This document shows positions 45,500 to 54,689 of a stretch of 64,000 nt of DNA, piece by piece; within the stretch, counting starts at the first letter, position 1; each line of letters begins with the position of its first letter. The DNA lies in the IMG/VR virus record IMGVR_UViG_3300031853_000021, positions 1 to 64,000 of that record; one strand, 5' to 3'. Position numbers and translations under genes: made by a program. Source of the DNA: a virus (lineage: Duplodnaviria; Caudoviricetes). The notes beneath the pieces are model-generated. The model searched no databases. It had not been told where the DNA came from and worked only from the letters and a program-made list of their open reading frames with translations.

Positions 45500-46289
45500 A
45501 TGCCGCGCCGCCTTCCATGTCTTCGATCAGTTCCTGCGTCACGGCCTGATAGTCCTTCGTCACGATGCAGCCTTTTGAAAACTTCGGCAGCGGCAGGCGC
45601 GCGACCGTTGCCTTCTCCGCCTCGATCGACCGTCTGACGGATGTTCTGAAGCAGTCATACCCGGATACGGTCTTCAGCCATTCTTCGACCTGAAGCGATG
45701 TCTGATTCTTCTGGCGCATGGTCATCAGCACCTTCGTCCGGATCCCGGCATTCAGGCGCCGAAGATCTTCGATCTGCTCGATCGTGTTTCCGATGCCCTC
45801 GATCTCGAATCCTCCGACCTTCGCCGGGATGATCACCAGATCCGACGCGATCAGGACGTTCGTCACGGTCATGTCCATCAGCAGGCCGCAGTCCACGATG
45901 CAATAGTCGTATGCCCCGTTCACTTCCAGCATCGCCGCCGTGAACCTGGCGATCTGGTCGTCCCTCTCCTTCAGCAGCAGATTCATGTTCGTCCGCATCA
46001 GGTATCCGTTCGCCGGGATGATGTCAATGTGTTCGTACGGTGTCGTCCTGATCAGATCCGCCGTGCTGTATGATCCGCCCGTGCTTCTGTGTCTTTCCAG
46101 CAGTTCCGGCATCCCTGCGCCTTCCGGATCGAAGCTGTCGTACAGCATGGACAGGTTCCCCTGCTGATCCGCGTCGACGCACAGGACGCGCCGCTGCCTT
46201 TCCTCTCCCAGAATGTACGCGATCGATGCCGCCGTCATGGTCTTCCCGATCCCGCCTTTCTGGTTCATTACTGATATGATCTTCATCAT
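45492..46289 (-). CDS. parA: ParA/Soj-family ATPase
   Basis: ISVMNQKGGIGKT deviant Walker A, VDADQQGN, IVDCG. Confidence 0.93.
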   Translation of the reverse strand: MMKIISVMNQKGGIGKTMTAASIAYILGEERQRRVLCVDADQQGNLSMLYDSFDPEGAGMPELLERHRSTGGSYSTADLIRTTPYEHIDIIPANGYLMRTNMNLLLKERDDQIARFTAAMLEVNGAYDYCIVDCGLLMDMTVTNVLIASDLVIIPAKVGGFEIEGIGNTIEQIEDLRRLNAGIRTKVLMTMRQKNQTSLQVEEWLKTVSGYDCFRTSVRRSIEAEKATVARLPLPKFSKGCIVTKDYQAVTQELIEDMEGGAAYD

Positions 46290-46309
46290 GGTGCGTGTGC
46301 CCTCCTTCG

Positions 46310-46618
46310 TTATCCTGCGAATATGTCGTAGTACAGCCGCATCTGTAGATCGCTGAAGCTGTACATCGGCGTCATGTCCGGATCCATTGGCGGCATCAGG
46401 CCGCGCTTCTTGTAGTCCTTGTGCGTGATCTCCGGCGTCGCCCTGAAGTCGATGACGTTCCTTTCCAGATCCTGCTGCCGGATCCGCGCTTTCCCCGTGT
46501 CCTGCTTGATTGATGCCGCCCATCCGTCGAAGATCAGCACCTTTTCTTCTCCTTCCTTCCGGAAGATCCGGACGCGATCCGGATTGTGCAGCACTTCCGT
46601 GAACTCTTTCACTGTCAT
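46310..46618 (-). CDS. Hypothetical phage protein
   Basis: Homolog of 5448-5753. Confidence 0.7.
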   Translation of the reverse strand: MTVKEFTEVLHNPDRVRIFRKEGEEKVLIFDGWAASIKQDTGKARIRQQDLERNVIDFRATPEITHKDYKKRGLMPPMDPDMTPMYSFSDLQMRLYYDIFAG

Positions 46619-47070
46619 AATTCCTTCACCTTCCCTTCCTTCACGATCGACAGGTTCGGCACGCGCGGGATGTTTTCGCCCAGTCCCGTGTTGATCGGTT
46701 TCAGTTTCAGATAGTCTTCCAGCACTTTCACCGCCGCTTCCGCTCCGTAGCACACGACGCAGTAGTTGCCGCGTGCCGCTGCCGCTCTCATGAATTCCTT
46801 CTGTGTGTCCTGTATCCTCCCGCTGCCGTACTTCATTTCGATGTACAGCCCGCAGAATCCCGCCTTCGGTACCGGCAGATGAAGATCCGGCACGCCTGCC
46901 TTCACTCCCATCTGCTTCAGTTTCACGGCTTCGGCCTTGTTCCTGCTGCCGCCGTTCGGCACGTGGTGCAGAAGTTCCAGTTCCGGATACCTCTGCATGT
47001 TCCACTGTGCCCAGCTGATCACCGCGATCTGTTCCGTATCCTCTGACCGCAGTGCATACTTCAGATTCAT
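46615..47070 (-). CDS. VRR-NUC domain nuclease
   Basis: HHVPNGGSR...GVKAGVPDL...LYIEMK. Confidence 0.88.
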   Translation of the reverse strand: MNLKYALRSEDTEQIAVISWAQWNMQRYPELELLHHVPNGGSRNKAEAVKLKQMGVKAGVPDLHLPVPKAGFCGLYIEMKYGSGRIQDTQKEFMRAAAARGNYCVVCYGAEAAVKVLEDYLKLKPINTGLGENIPRVPNLSIVKEGKVKEL

Positions 47071-47963
47071 TCCTTGTTCCTCTCTTCCCACTGCTTCCGC
47101 GCCGCTGCCGTCTCTGCCTTCAGTTCTGCCGCGCGCTGCATGATTTCTTCGTTGTATGGATAGTCGTGAATACCACGGCACCACATGTTTTCGCGTGCGC
47201 CTTGCAGGCCGTAGTTGTAGGCCGTCAGCATGTCGGCGACGTTCCCCGTCACTTCATACAGTTCCGCCAGATAGCTGACGCCGACGCGGATGTTCATGTA
47301 TGGATTCATCAGATCCGTGCATCGCTCTTTCCGCATCCTGTCCCGATGCCATCTTTCATTGATCTGCATCAGCCCGACCGATTCCCCGGAATCTCCGATC
47401 GCGTCCCACACGCAGCCGCTTTCCTTCTCGATCAGCGCGAAGACTGTTTCATAATCCACGCCCGCATCCCGGCAGACGATGTATGTGTAGATCTGCGCGA
47501 TGACCGGGAATTCGCCCCCAGCCTGCTTCGCCGCTGTCGATATGTCGTGATAGTAGAACCCTTCGATGTTGTCCCAGTCCTGTGACATCCGGTTCCACGG
47601 GTATCCGTAGGATCCGTAGATCTTGCAGCCGTACTTCGCCATCTGGTTCGCGTCGACCTCTTCAGGCGTCATGATCTCCACCGGCTGCGTCTCTGCTTCC
47701 TGGCTTTCTTCCGGTTCCGGTGCTGCTTCCACGACGGACACGTCCTTCGGCTCTCTGAATACTGTGCACGCGATCGCCATCACTCCCTTCACCAGACCGA
47801 ACGCGATCAGGACGAAGACTGCCAGCGCCGCCACGATCAGCGCGATCTGCTTCGCTTTCCGGATGATCCGCCTGCGCTGCCGTCTTCTTCTCGCTTCCTC
47901 TGCCTTGCCGTGCGGGATCCTCCGCCCCGTCCTCCTGCTCTGTTCTTCCGTCCTGTGTTCCAT
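47067..47963 (-). CDS. Membrane-anchored lytic transglycosylase (SLT domain)
   Basis: TM helix after a basic N-terminus; FALIEKESG (catalytic E), GLMQIN, AYNYG. Confidence 0.82.
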   Translation of the reverse strand: MEHRTEEQSRRTGRRIPHGKAEEARRRRQRRRIIRKAKQIALIVAALAVFVLIAFGLVKGVMAIACTVFREPKDVSVVEAAPEPEESQEAETQPVEIMTPEEVDANQMAKYGCKIYGSYGYPWNRMSQDWDNIEGFYYHDISTAAKQAGGEFPVIAQIYTYIVCRDAGVDYETVFALIEKESGCVWDAIGDSGESVGLMQINERWHRDRMRKERCTDLMNPYMNIRVGVSYLAELYEVTGNVADMLTAYNYGLQGARENMWCRGIHDYPYNEEIMQRAAELKAETAAARKQWEERNKE

Positions 47964-48853
47964 TTCCCTGTCCTTTCCGGCTGTCTGTGCAGCCTTGCGT
48001 TGATGTAGAATCTGCCGTTCACGTCGTTGTATCTGACTTCGGCCTTCGCGAATGTGTATCCCTGCTGTCCGTACCAGTGCGTCATCTTGTCCCGGATGCA
48101 GCTGCTGTCCGCTGCCATTTCCCGGACGTCCTTCGCCTTGAACTTGTAGTGATTCACCTTTTCTTCCGGCTTCTTCAGTCCCTTCGACGGTGTCCACTTC
48201 TTCTGCGACTTCTTCTTCTTCTCCTTCGTGATGTACTTCGCCATCCCCGTCAGGCCGTCTTCATCCTTGTCCAGGCGCCGCACCTGATTCCGTCTTCCCT
48301 TTATCCACAGTTCTTCCACAGTGTCCATGTCGATGTCCCCATCCATGACAATATGATGGTGGAACCTTCCTTCCTGCGTTCCCTCTGTGGTGTAGACATA
48401 CCTGGCATTCTTCAGGCCGCGCTTCTTCCTCTGGTAGTTCAAGCGCCTGATGTAGTTCTGCATGTTCTTCAGTGCTTCTTCCATCGTGGCGGGCATGTCT
48501 GCGTCCGTGTAGGTGAACGTCGCCCAGATGTCCCTGTCCCCGAAGTTCGCGTTGATCACTCTTTCGCACTGCTTCCTGCTGTTCTTCTCGTTCAGGTTCC
48601 ACTGTGCTTTCCGGTGTTTCTCCTTCTGTGCAGCTGTCGGCGGGATCTCTGCCTGCTGCCCTCTGACGAACTCCGGATAGATCTCCACTTCCAGCTGATC
48701 GCCTGCCCGGATCTCCTTCGTGGCGTACACTGTCGCCTTCCTGCTGCCCTGAAGGATCCTTTGCACCTGATCTTCTTCCAGATCTTCCAGTGCTTTGTTA
48801 TAGGCCGCTTCATAGTCGTATTCGATGACGGCCTTCTTCCTTCTCTTTCTCAT
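47837..48853 (-). CDS. HUH-superfamily rolling-circle-type replication initiator
   Basis: IWATFTY, GRFHHHIVM, MAKYITK; homolog of 6208-7134. Confidence 0.75.
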   Translation of the reverse strand: MRKRRKKAVIEYDYEAAYNKALEDLEEDQVQRILQGSRKATVYATKEIRAGDQLEVEIYPEFVRGQQAEIPPTAAQKEKHRKAQWNLNEKNSRKQCERVINANFGDRDIWATFTYTDADMPATMEEALKNMQNYIRRLNYQRKKRGLKNARYVYTTEGTQEGRFHHHIVMDGDIDMDTVEELWIKGRRNQVRRLDKDEDGLTGMAKYITKEKKKKSQKKWTPSKGLKKPEEKVNHYKFKAKDVREMAADSSCIRDKMTHWYGQQGYTFAKAEVRYNDVNGRFYINARLHRQPERTGKWNTGRKNRAGGRGGGSRTARQRKREEDGSAGGSSGKRSRSR

Positions 48854-48907
48854 GGTGCGGATGCCCTTCCCCTCTCTCTGATCCCTTGTATATATGGATT
48901 CGTTGAC

Positions 48908-48931
48908 TTGTTAGTATCCATTACAAGGACG
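48908..48931 (-). other. Conserved 24-bp motif upstream of rep, candidate nick site/origin
   Basis: TTGTTAGTATCCATTACAAGGACG, 23/24 identical to 7284-7307. Confidence 0.55.
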
Positions 48932-48962
48932 CTTCCGGACTGCCGTCCGTCCCGCGTTTTCA

Positions 48963-48991
48963 TTGACTTTTCGGGCATTTTCCGCTATCAT
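48963..48991 (+). promoter_or_regulatory. sigmaA-type promoter antisense to the early operon
   Basis: TTGACT-17 bp-TATCAT. Confidence 0.65.
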
Positions 48992-48997
48992 GAATGT

Positions 48998-49086
48998 GGT
49001 GCGTGAAGCGGCTTCCGGATGCCCGGAAGAAGCCCAACATGAAGCCTTCAGGATGCCTTGTCCGCTTCCTGAAGGCTTTTCCTTTT
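48998..49086 (+). ncRNA. Putative antisense small RNA upstream of rep
   Basis: Hairpin TTCCGG-ATGC-CCGGAA, then terminator AAGCCTTCAGGA..TCCTGAAGGCTT followed by TTCCTTTT; ends approximate. Confidence 0.5.
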
Positions 49087-49219
49087 ACCCTGCTTTCTTC
49101 TCCTGCTGGATAGATCTGACGGCCTTCAGCTTCACCTGTGCTTCTCCGCGCTGCGTGATGATCAGTGCGATCGCTCTGAATGCCTTCATCGGATCCGGTG
49201 CGTCTCTTCTCTCTTTCAT
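49085..49219 (-). CDS. Small hypothetical protein (44 aa)
   Basis: Read manually as MKERRDAPDPMKAFRAIALIITQRGEAQVKLKAVRSIQQEKKAG, with GGAG RBS. Confidence 0.55.
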   Translation of the reverse strand: MKERRDAPDPMKAFRAIALIITQRGEAQVKLKAVRSIQQEKKAG

Positions 49220-49237
49220 CCTTCCCGCTCCTTTCCG

Positions 49238-49447
49238 TCAATAGTCGTCTTCGATCTGTTCGTCGGCGTCCGTGTAGTATTCGCCGTCGTATCCCTTCGC
49301 CATAACCTTCTGATAGCATTCCCAGCAGACCCGCCGGAACGTGATCCCGTGACAGTCATGTGTGAACAGCATGTCGCTTCGCGGCCTGATCCTGTTGCAT
49401 ACCGGGCACAGCCGCATGTCTTCATAGCTTTCCGTCATCTTTGCCAC
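49238..49447 (-). CDS. Small zinc-finger protein
   Basis: CPVC...CHG...CWEC. Confidence 0.65.
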   Translation of the reverse strand: MAKMTESYEDMRLCPVCNRIRPRSDMLFTHDCHGITFRRVCWECYQKVMAKGYDGEYYTDADEQIEDDY

Positions 49448-49937
49448 CCTCTCCTTCTGCCACTTCCATCAGTTCGTTCTTCACGACTTGCAGGATCCCG
49501 TCGATGAAATCTTCGTGCCTGCTGTGATCCAGCAGTTTGTCGTGGATGTCCTTGTAGATCGGCTTCATCGCCGTCAGCAGAATGTAGAACTGTACCACGC
49601 CGCCCAGCTGCGCGTTGTCCTTGATCTGCGGTTCGTTCGTCCCCTCCGGAATGTCGATCAGCATCTGGATGTGGTTCTTCTCTATGAAGTCGTCCATGAT
49701 CTCCCCGAAGGTATCGATGTTAAGTTCTGCCATTTCGTCCCGTTCCTTTCCTTTGATCTCGATCCATATTCCTTTCACGCCGTCCATCTCATAGATGAAT
49801 TCCGTCTCGTACCCCCCCCGACACAGATCTTCATGCACCTGTACGGCGTCGTCTGTATCGCGGCACTTGATCGTGTCGCCCGGCATCAGTTCGGCCTGCT
49901 TATGTGGCTGATTGCAGCCCTGGCTGTAGCATGACAT
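49422..49937 (-). CDS. Hypothetical phage protein (possibly two in-frame genes, second start 49733)
   Basis: Open frame with an internal RBS and ATG at MAELNIDTF. Confidence 0.5.
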   Translation of the reverse strand: MSCYSQGCNQPHKQAELMPGDTIKCRDTDDAVQVHEDLCRGGYETEFIYEMDGVKGIWIEIKGKERDEMAELNIDTFGEIMDDFIEKNHIQMLIDIPEGTNEPQIKDNAQLGGVVQFYILLTAMKPIYKDIHDKLLDHSRHEDFIDGILQVVKNELMEVAEGEGGKDDGKL

Positions 49938-50163
49938 TGTCGCGCCCTCCTTCCTTCTCTGCGATCAGGCTGTCCTGTATCATTCCGATCTGCGCTTCCA
50001 GATCGACCTTTGCCTTGTCCAGCAGCACCACGGCCTTGATGACATCCGGTTCCGCCCACGCGATCCCGGACATGGCCTTCTTCGCGGCATCGATTGCCGC
50101 TGCCTTTCTTGTCGTCCGCTCCGCTGCGATCACCAGATCTTCGAATGTGGTCGCCTTCTTCAT
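49900..50163 (-). CDS. Hypothetical phage protein
   Basis: Coupled ORF in the early operon. Confidence 0.55.
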   Translation of the reverse strand: MKKATTFEDLVIAAERTTRKAAAIDAAKKAMSGIAWAEPDVIKAVVLLDKAKVDLEAQIGMIQDSLIAEKEGGRDNVMLQPGLQSAT

Positions 50164-50486
50164 GACGCTTCACCGCCTTCCGGACTGATCTGGATGTCCA
50201 GCGTGTCCACTTCCGGATTCCGCTGCACCTTCACGCCCTTCGCTTCCAGCGCCTGCGTCCATGCTTCTTTCACTTCCGGATCACAGTGTTCCATCGCATC
50301 CGCCCACGAAGGGAAGCGCCCGTGCTGGTCGTAGAACTTGTATTGATACGTCAGGCTGTCCCGGTTGTGCGGCATCCGCGGATCGTGCTTCACGGCGCAC
50401 ATCGGACAGGTTCCTTCCGGCGTGCGTCCCAGCATCATGATCCCGTGCTTTTCCTGTAAGAATCCCATGCGTCCCGCTCCCTTCAT
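50160..50486 (-). CDS. Hypothetical phage protein
   Basis: CPMCAVKH..PHNRDSL.YQYKFYDQHGRFPSWADAM. Confidence 0.65.
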   Translation of the reverse strand: MKGAGRMGFLQEKHGIMMLGRTPEGTCPMCAVKHDPRMPHNRDSLTYQYKFYDQHGRFPSWADAMEHCDPEVKEAWTQALEAKGVKVQRNPEVDTLDIQISPEGGEAS

Positions 50487-50938
50487 TCGATTTCATACGT
50501 CGTCCGGACGACTTCGTTTTCGATGATGTACATGATGTTCGTGATGCTCTGATCTTCGTTTTCATCCGTATGATCCAGAATGTCGACCGCCACGATGTAG
50601 ATTTCTTCCGGCGTCGGTTCCTTCTGTTTCACATAGTTCAGCATCTTCGTGTATGCCCGCGTGTCGCCGCGCGTGTAGAAGTTGTGATTGATGCACATGT
50701 GCATGATGTCTTCCATGTCCCACCGTCTGATCACTTTGATCTTCGGTGCTTCCGTCGTTCTCTTTGTGTAGATAGCCATTTCTTCGTCCACTCCTTTGAA
50801 TAGCTGCCCTGTAAATCCGCCGCCCTTGTACACCGTGCAGACCAGCTTCCCGTCCTCGATGTGGAATCTGAACGCCGGGATCCTGATCTGCGGGATCTGT
50901 ATCTTCGGGATCGGCGGGATCGTGGGCTGTCTGATCAT
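50483..50938 (-). CDS. Hypothetical phage protein
   Basis: C-terminal half homologous to 8164-8493. Confidence 0.65.
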   Translation of the reverse strand: MIRQPTIPPIPKIQIPQIRIPAFRFHIEDGKLVCTVYKGGGFTGQLFKGVDEEMAIYTKRTTEAPKIKVIRRWDMEDIMHMCINHNFYTRGDTRAYTKMLNYVKQKEPTPEEIYIVAVDILDHTDENEDQSITNIMYIIENEVVRTTYEIE

Positions 50939-51168
50939 ATGCCTGCGACCTCTCCGACGATGTCGCTGATGTTGTCCAGGTCGTCCGCTGCGTTTTCCAG
51001 ATCTCCGATGAATCCTTCCATCTCTTCGCCGCGTTCAGATCCCTGAAGCGATTCCGGCATATTGTCGAAGGCTTCCTGTTCTTCTTCCTTGACCTCTTCG
51101 ATGATCTCTTTCGCGGATGCGATCATGTCGACCGCTTCCGCCAGTCTCTTCCGCCTTGCTGCATTCAT
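50935..51168 (-). CDS. Small acidic phage protein
   Basis: MNAARRKRL...EEQEAFDNMPESLQGSERGE. Confidence 0.7.
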   Translation of the reverse strand: MNAARRKRLAEAVDMIASAKEIIEEVKEEEQEAFDNMPESLQGSERGEEMEGFIGDLENAADDLDNISDIVGEVAGI

Positions 51169-51181
51169 GCCCGTCCCTCCT

Positions 51182-51559
51182 TTAGAACACGTCGTCTTCC
51201 ATGATCGCGACATCCCAGATCACGATGTCTTCATATGCGCCCGTCTGAAGCATCGGCTTCGTGATGTTCAGCTGCGCCATCTTCAGCGCCTGGTCGATCG
51301 TGTCTGCCGCGATCGTTGCTTCTGCTTCCTGCACGCTTCCGTTTCTGTACAGCATCGAATAGCTGATCTTCCAGTGCTTCGTGTTCAGGCTGTCCGCCAG
51401 TGCCTGCGCTTCTTCATCCGTTTCGAAGAAGCCCGGCTTGTACTCTCTGTTCCCTGCGTGATCCGGTTCCGTGACATCCAGCTGTCTGTAGACCTGAATC
51501 AGCTTTTCGCCGCCTGCGTAGTTATGTGATACTTTCCATTTGCCTTTCATTTCGTCCAT
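51182..51559 (-). CDS. Hypothetical phage protein
   Basis: ORF with RBS in the early operon. Confidence 0.6.
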   Translation of the reverse strand: MDEMKGKWKVSHNYAGGEKLIQVYRQLDVTEPDHAGNREYKPGFFETDEEAQALADSLNTKHWKISYSMLYRNGSVQEAEATIAADTIDQALKMAQLNITKPMLQTGAYEDIVIWDVAIMEDDVF

Positions 51560-51608
51560 CCTTTCATGATTCAGCCTGCGCCGCTGCCGACGCAGGCCGT
51601 GTCGATCG

Positions 51609-51770
51609 TCATGCAGTCTTCACTTTTAGCTGATCGCGCATGATCTGCATTCCGATCATGATTCCTTTGACTTCTCTTTTCTCTTCTGCGGTCAGTCTCT
51701 TCAGCAGTTCCACGAACTCCTTCACATCGGCCTGCTGGTTCTCGACTTCCCTGTTCTTTTCTGCTGTCAT
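51609..51770 (-). CDS. Small conserved early protein (53 aa)
   Basis: Read manually as MTAEKNRE...ELLKRLTAEEKREVKGIMIGMQI; homolog of 10680-10874. Confidence 0.7.
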   Translation of the reverse strand: MTAEKNREVENQQADVKEFVELLKRLTAEEKREVKGIMIGMQIMRDQLKVKTA

Positions 51771-51787
51771 CTCCTTCACTCCTTTCT

Positions 51788-52099
51788 TTAGATCGTTGCG
51801 ATGATCATCACCAGCAGCATCACGATCGCCAATCCCATGACGATGTGTTCCATCACTGTCAGGCTGTCCGATTCCATGATGTCGTCATCGTCATCGATCA
51901 GCATGTTCGCCGCTTCGTTGATCTCTTCTGTTACGACCGCGATTTCTTCCGGCGTCAGCTGCATGGATTCAAACACGATCGCGCATCTGTTCTTCGCAGT
52001 GTCGATCCGGTCGCGGTCTGTCATCGGCTGCGGCTCCTGCCGCGCTTCCAGAACTGTCATCTGATCACCTTCCTTTCCTTTCCTGAATCGAATTTTCAT
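51788..52099 (-). CDS. Hypothetical protein with C-terminal TM helix
   Basis: Ends IVMGLAIVMLLVMIIATI; start may be internal. Confidence 0.55.
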   Translation of the reverse strand: MKIRFRKGKEGDQMTVLEARQEPQPMTDRDRIDTAKNRCAIVFESMQLTPEEIAVVTEEINEAANMLIDDDDDIMESDSLTVMEHIVMGLAIVMLLVMIIATI

Positions 52100-52190
52100 T
52101 TGATCCTGTCAATATAATACTTGATTGAATCAAGTTTGTCAACCACTTCAGCATATAAAACTTGACTGAATCAATTTTTTAATGTAGGAT
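52100..52190. promoter_or_regulatory. Genetic switch B: divergent promoters and three TTGA-N5-TCAA operators
   Basis: Operators at 52100, 52121 and 52162; leftward TTGACA(52142-37)-17-TATTAT; rightward TTGACT(52162)-17-TAGGAT. Confidence 0.78.
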
Positions 52191-52215
52191 ATAATTCAGG
52201 AAGGAGGAACGGCGC

Positions 52216-52695
52216 ATGAACAGCAGATTAAAAGACATTCGGAAGGCTCTTCGCCTTACGCAAAAAGAATTCGCTGCACGATTAGGAATCACCGACAGCG
52301 GGATTTCCAGACTTGAAAAAGGACAGAACCAGCTGACGGATCAGCTGATCCGCGCGATCTGCCGCGAATACAAAGTGAACTATGAATATCTGAAGAACGG
52401 CATCGGCGAAATGTTTTCGGATGTGCCGCAGACAGTCGTCGATGAACTGTGTGAACAGTACGATCTGGATGACTTCGATCGGATCATGCTTCAGGAATAT
52501 CTGAAGATGGACGAAGCGTCCCGGAATGTTCTGAAGACTTACATCCGGAAGATCTGCGGGCAGATCTCCGAAGCCGAAGACACGCAGGCGAAGATCGACG
52601 CTGAAGTCGAAGCGTACCGGCAGGAACTGGAACTTGAAGCAAGTCAGGCGGAAAAATCATCAGCTTCCGACACGCCTGCCGAAAATATGGCATAA
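52216..52695 (+). CDS. CI-like XRE repressor B (no peptidase domain)
   Basis: RLKDIRKALRLTQKEFAARLGITDSGISRLEKG HTH. Confidence 0.9.
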   Translation: MNSRLKDIRKALRLTQKEFAARLGITDSGISRLEKGQNQLTDQLIRAICREYKVNYEYLKNGIGEMFSDVPQTVVDELCEQYDLDDFDRIMLQEYLKMDEASRNVLKTYIRKICGQISEAEDTQAKIDAEVEAYRQELELEASQAEKSSASDTPAENMA

Positions 52696-52727
52696 AAATA
52701 AGCCCGTCAAGATGACGGGCTGGAAGG

Positions 52728-53066
52728 ATGGACACTATGGCATTATTTGAAAGTAAAGAAAGCAAAGAAGAAAAGAAAGCGCGGAAGATCGCCGAAGCTG
52801 AACAGAAGCAGGCCGAAAAAGACTTCGCACTTCTTCAGAAGTACGGCCTTACAGGTCTTCAGGATCCTGAAGACATCCAGTCCGTGCGGAACATTGTCAG
52901 CGAACTGCGCGGAACCGGCCTGATGGAATTAGGCATCACGTTCGGCGGCGGCAACGACCGCGACATCCAGAAGAATCAGCTGTACTACCAGCGCGCGATC
53001 CTTGAACAGAACTTCATCATCATTCGTCAGCTTGACAGGATTTCGAAGCTGCTGTCCGATCGCTGA
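52728..53066 (+). CDS. Moron protein of unknown function
   Basis: Occupies the slot between cI and integrase; C-terminal EQNFIIIRQLDRISKLL. Confidence 0.65.
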   Translation: MDTMALFESKESKEEKKARKIAEAEQKQAEKDFALLQKYGLTGLQDPEDIQSVRNIVSELRGTGLMELGITFGGGNDRDIQKNQLYYQRAILEQNFIIIRQLDRISKLLSDR

Positions 53067-53236
53067 TCGTAAAGCAAAAATAAAAGGATCAGCTGTTCCC
53101 GCAGCTGATCCCCTGATTTCCCTATCCGCACCGCTTCGTGGTAGAAATAGGCTTCGCACCTCTCATTCTATCACGGAACCGTGCGACTGCATAGGTTTCT
53201 TTTTTATACTCTTTTTTAGGAATGGAAGGTGATCTG

Positions 53237-54628
53237 ATGTATATGACACAGTCAGCCCCGGAACTGTACGGCGTCCGCGTCGTCAAATACATCCGGTGCA
53301 GCCACGACGATCAGGTTCTTCACGGCGACACGCTGGAAGCGCAGAACGAAATACTGGACGACTTCATCGCCCGGAATCACTGCGTCCTGATCGACACGTT
53401 CATCGACGAAGCACTGACCGCCCGGAAGAAATACACGAACCGGAAGGAATTCGTCCGGCTCCTTGACGGCGTCCGGCGGCATGACTTCGACGTGATCCTG
53501 TTCACGAAGCTGGATCGCTGGTTCAGGAATATCGGCGACTATCACAAAATACAGGAAGTTCTGGAAGCGAACGGCGTCCAATGGAAGGCCGTGACGGAAT
53601 CGTACGACACGACCACGACGAACGGCAGGCTGCACATCAACATTCGTCTGTCCGTGGCACAGGATGAATGTGATCGTGACAGCGACCGCATCAAGGACGT
53701 GTTCGCGTTCAAGCTGAAGAACAAGTCCTTCGTGACCGGATCCGTCCCGCGCGGTCTGATGCTCGACGCCGAAAAACATGTCGTCCCCGATCCGGAATGG
53801 AAGCAGTTCGCGCTGGATGCCTTCGACATGCTGGAAGTGACCGGATCCGTCCGGAAGTCCCTTTTCGCTCTACAGGAACGGTACAGCTGCATCTATTCGT
53901 ACAGCAGCTTCATCCGGATGCTGAAGAATCCGCTGTACAAGGGAATGTATCGTGACGATCCGCAGTTCTGCGATCCTCTGATAGATCCGGATCGCTTCGA
54001 CCACATCCAGACGCTGATCAAGAAAAACGTGCGCCAGCGCCGAAGCGGAACGCAGTTCATCTTCAGCGGTCTTTTGACCTGTGACGTCTGCGGTCGCTCT
54101 ATCGCAGGATATACGACAGGCCGTCGCCGGAAGGATGGATCCATTACCCGGAAGCCGCGGTACAGATGCACAGCGTGGAACATGAACCACAGCTGCACGA
54201 ATAACAAGTCGTGGATGGAAGAAGTCCTTGAAGATCGCGTCCTGGCTCTTGTTCGCCCGTCCCTCTCCGCATACATCGCGGACTATGATGTGGAAGACGG
54301 CGGCGGTCGCGGCAGGAATCCGGCAGCTGATGCCGCCCGGATCCGGACGAAGCTGAAGAAGCTGTACGACCTGTTCATGGACGATCTGATCGACCGCGAT
54401 CTGTACAAGTCCGAATACGATCAGCTGAATGCGCAGCTTCAGGAAGCGCTGACTGCTGCCGATCATCCCCGGAAGGACGTCAGCGAACTGAAGAAGTTCC
54501 TGTCGCAGCCGTGGGAAGATGTGTACAAGGACTTTTCCGTGCAAGAAAAAAATGCGTTCTGGAAGTCCTTCGTGGACACCATGCGCATTCGTGAAGACGG
54601 CAGCATCGCCGACATTATTTTTTTATGA
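53237..54628 (+). CDS. Large serine integrase B
   Basis: VVKYIRCSHDDQ, FTKLDRWFRN, zinc ribbon CDVCG..YRC..C; only distantly related to integrase A. Confidence 0.95.
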   Translation: MYMTQSAPELYGVRVVKYIRCSHDDQVLHGDTLEAQNEILDDFIARNHCVLIDTFIDEALTARKKYTNRKEFVRLLDGVRRHDFDVILFTKLDRWFRNIGDYHKIQEVLEANGVQWKAVTESYDTTTTNGRLHINIRLSVAQDECDRDSDRIKDVFAFKLKNKSFVTGSVPRGLMLDAEKHVVPDPEWKQFALDAFDMLEVTGSVRKSLFALQERYSCIYSYSSFIRMLKNPLYKGMYRDDPQFCDPLIDPDRFDHIQTLIKKNVRQRRSGTQFIFSGLLTCDVCGRSIAGYTTGRRRKDGSITRKPRYRCTAWNMNHSCTNNKSWMEEVLEDRVLALVRPSLSAYIADYDVEDGGGRGRNPAADAARIRTKLKKLYDLFMDDLIDRDLYKSEYDQLNAQLQEALTAADHPRKDVSELKKFLSQPWEDVYKDFSVQEKNAFWKSFVDTMRIREDGSIADIIFL

Positions 54629-54632
54629 TAAT

Positions 54633-54682
54633 GATGCACCTAATTCAGCGTTGCCCGAAGGTGACGCCGAATTAGGTACATC
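54633..54682. other. Candidate intact attP (also terminator-like)
   Basis: 50-bp near-perfect inverted repeat GATGCACCTAATTCAGCGTT..GACGCCGAATTAGGTACATC directly after the integrase stop, followed by a T run. Confidence 0.6.
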
Positions 54683-54689
54683 TTTTTTC

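Larger units (their letters stand above)
13849..54682. mobile_element. Temperate siphophage block B, complete gene set (lysis to integrase)
   Basis: Contiguous lysis, DGR, tail, head, terminase, early, immunity and integrase modules. Confidence 0.95.

Noticed and set aside
52121-52133. TTGATTGAATCAA as an FNR/Crp box
   Set aside because: Spacing is one base shorter than TTGAT-N4-ATCAA, and three copies overlapping the divergent promoters fit CI operators better
13849-54682. Simple tandem triple prophage at one attB
   Set aside because: Not excluded, but disfavoured: the integrases and junction sequences are unrelated, both junctions are symmetric attP-like sites, and no host remnant lies between blocks
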